NCBI RefSeq assembly: GCF_006345805.1 | Contig: NC_043011.1 | Coordinates: 10,912,001-10,976,000 of the forward strand | DNA length: 64,000 nt | Direction of reading: 5' to 3' | Source of the DNA: Octopus sinensis | Taxonomy: Eukaryota | Position numbers and translations under genes: made by a program | Shown here: one piece after another, positions 63,601 to 64,000 of the stretch | Layout of the letters: every line of letters begins with the position of its first letter | Numbering within the stretch: the stretch's first letter is position 1 | The notes under the pieces: model-generated | Told to the model about the DNA's origin: nothing | Seen by the model: only the letters and a program-made list of their open reading frames with translations | The model's database searches: none

Positions 63601-64000
63601 TCGACTCTACTCTAATTGCTCTCTTGAGGCAAACCACCAGTTGTTGTTGATGATTGCCCCCGTGAGCGCCCGCTTAACTAGTAAACTAATCCGGTCTCTG
63701 TAAGCTTTGCACGCCATTAACGACGCGTTCAGCTTCCAGTAGCCGGGTCCCTGTCTATGTAGCCTATCTAAGTCGACCGTACAGATCACTAATTTGTGGT
63801 CTGTATATTCGACTAGGTGGAATTGTGGACACCCTACGCTGTCCTTATCCGCTGGCCTACAAAACACTCTATCTAAGTACGATCTAGACGACCCGATGCG
63901 GTTTGTCCAAGTCCACATTGGCACATTCGGGTTGTCTAGTCGAAACCTGTCGGACAGCTGAAAGCGGCCGAGTAGGTTGGCGAGGCTCTTGCACCCTCTC
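60700..64000 (-). mobile_element. Tx1-clade (L1 group) LINE: ORF2 APE-RT-zinc finger plus 3' UTR, young, a few frameshifts, runs off the right edge
   Basis: SYLDRVF, TDHKLV, GPGYWKLNASL; RSPGLDGLPYE, FRPITLLN, LDQSKAFDRVDH, VRQGCPLS, YADD, KLLGVWF; GGLGMP; GC-rich with CpGs retained. Confidence 0.93.

Overview
Eukaryotic, repeat-saturated genomic DNA, most likely from an octopus (coleoid cephalopod). That assignment is inferred from recalled SINE/RTE families and the AT/ATAC/GATA microsatellite load. No host protein-coding gene can be called with confidence; only one candidate 99-nt exon (39304-39402) was found. Layout: (i) 1-7340 is a ~141-bp satellite arranged as a large inverted repeat whose left arm also carries a rearranged inverted copy of the adjacent LTR region. 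(ii) 3135-20040 and 20041-36962 are a ~16.9-kb near-identical tandem duplication. Each unit holds the satellite, a non-autonomous LTR retroelement with a tRNA-Trp primer-binding site, SINEs, a small Helitron, three Penelope-like fragments, CR1 and RTE pieces, and tandem R4/Dong 3' ends. (iii) 37-52 kb holds SINEs, fold-back/MITE-like elements, a decayed Tc1/mariner, CR1 fragments, a 1.3-kb AT microsatellite and a short non-repetitive CpG-retaining island. (iv) 52.9-59 kb is a decayed Ty3/gypsy element with four to five nested insertions, followed by an RTE 3' end. (v) A 100-N gap precedes a young Tx1-clade LINE running off the window. Most interesting signals: several degenerate minimal hammerhead-ribozyme motifs in short AT-embedded Penelope-associated elements, a shared ~69-nt structured motif, the Trp-primed mini LTR element, and repeated microhomology-bounded templated or inverted insertions. 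Nearly all ORF-track entries are microsatellite/satellite translations or transposon fragments.
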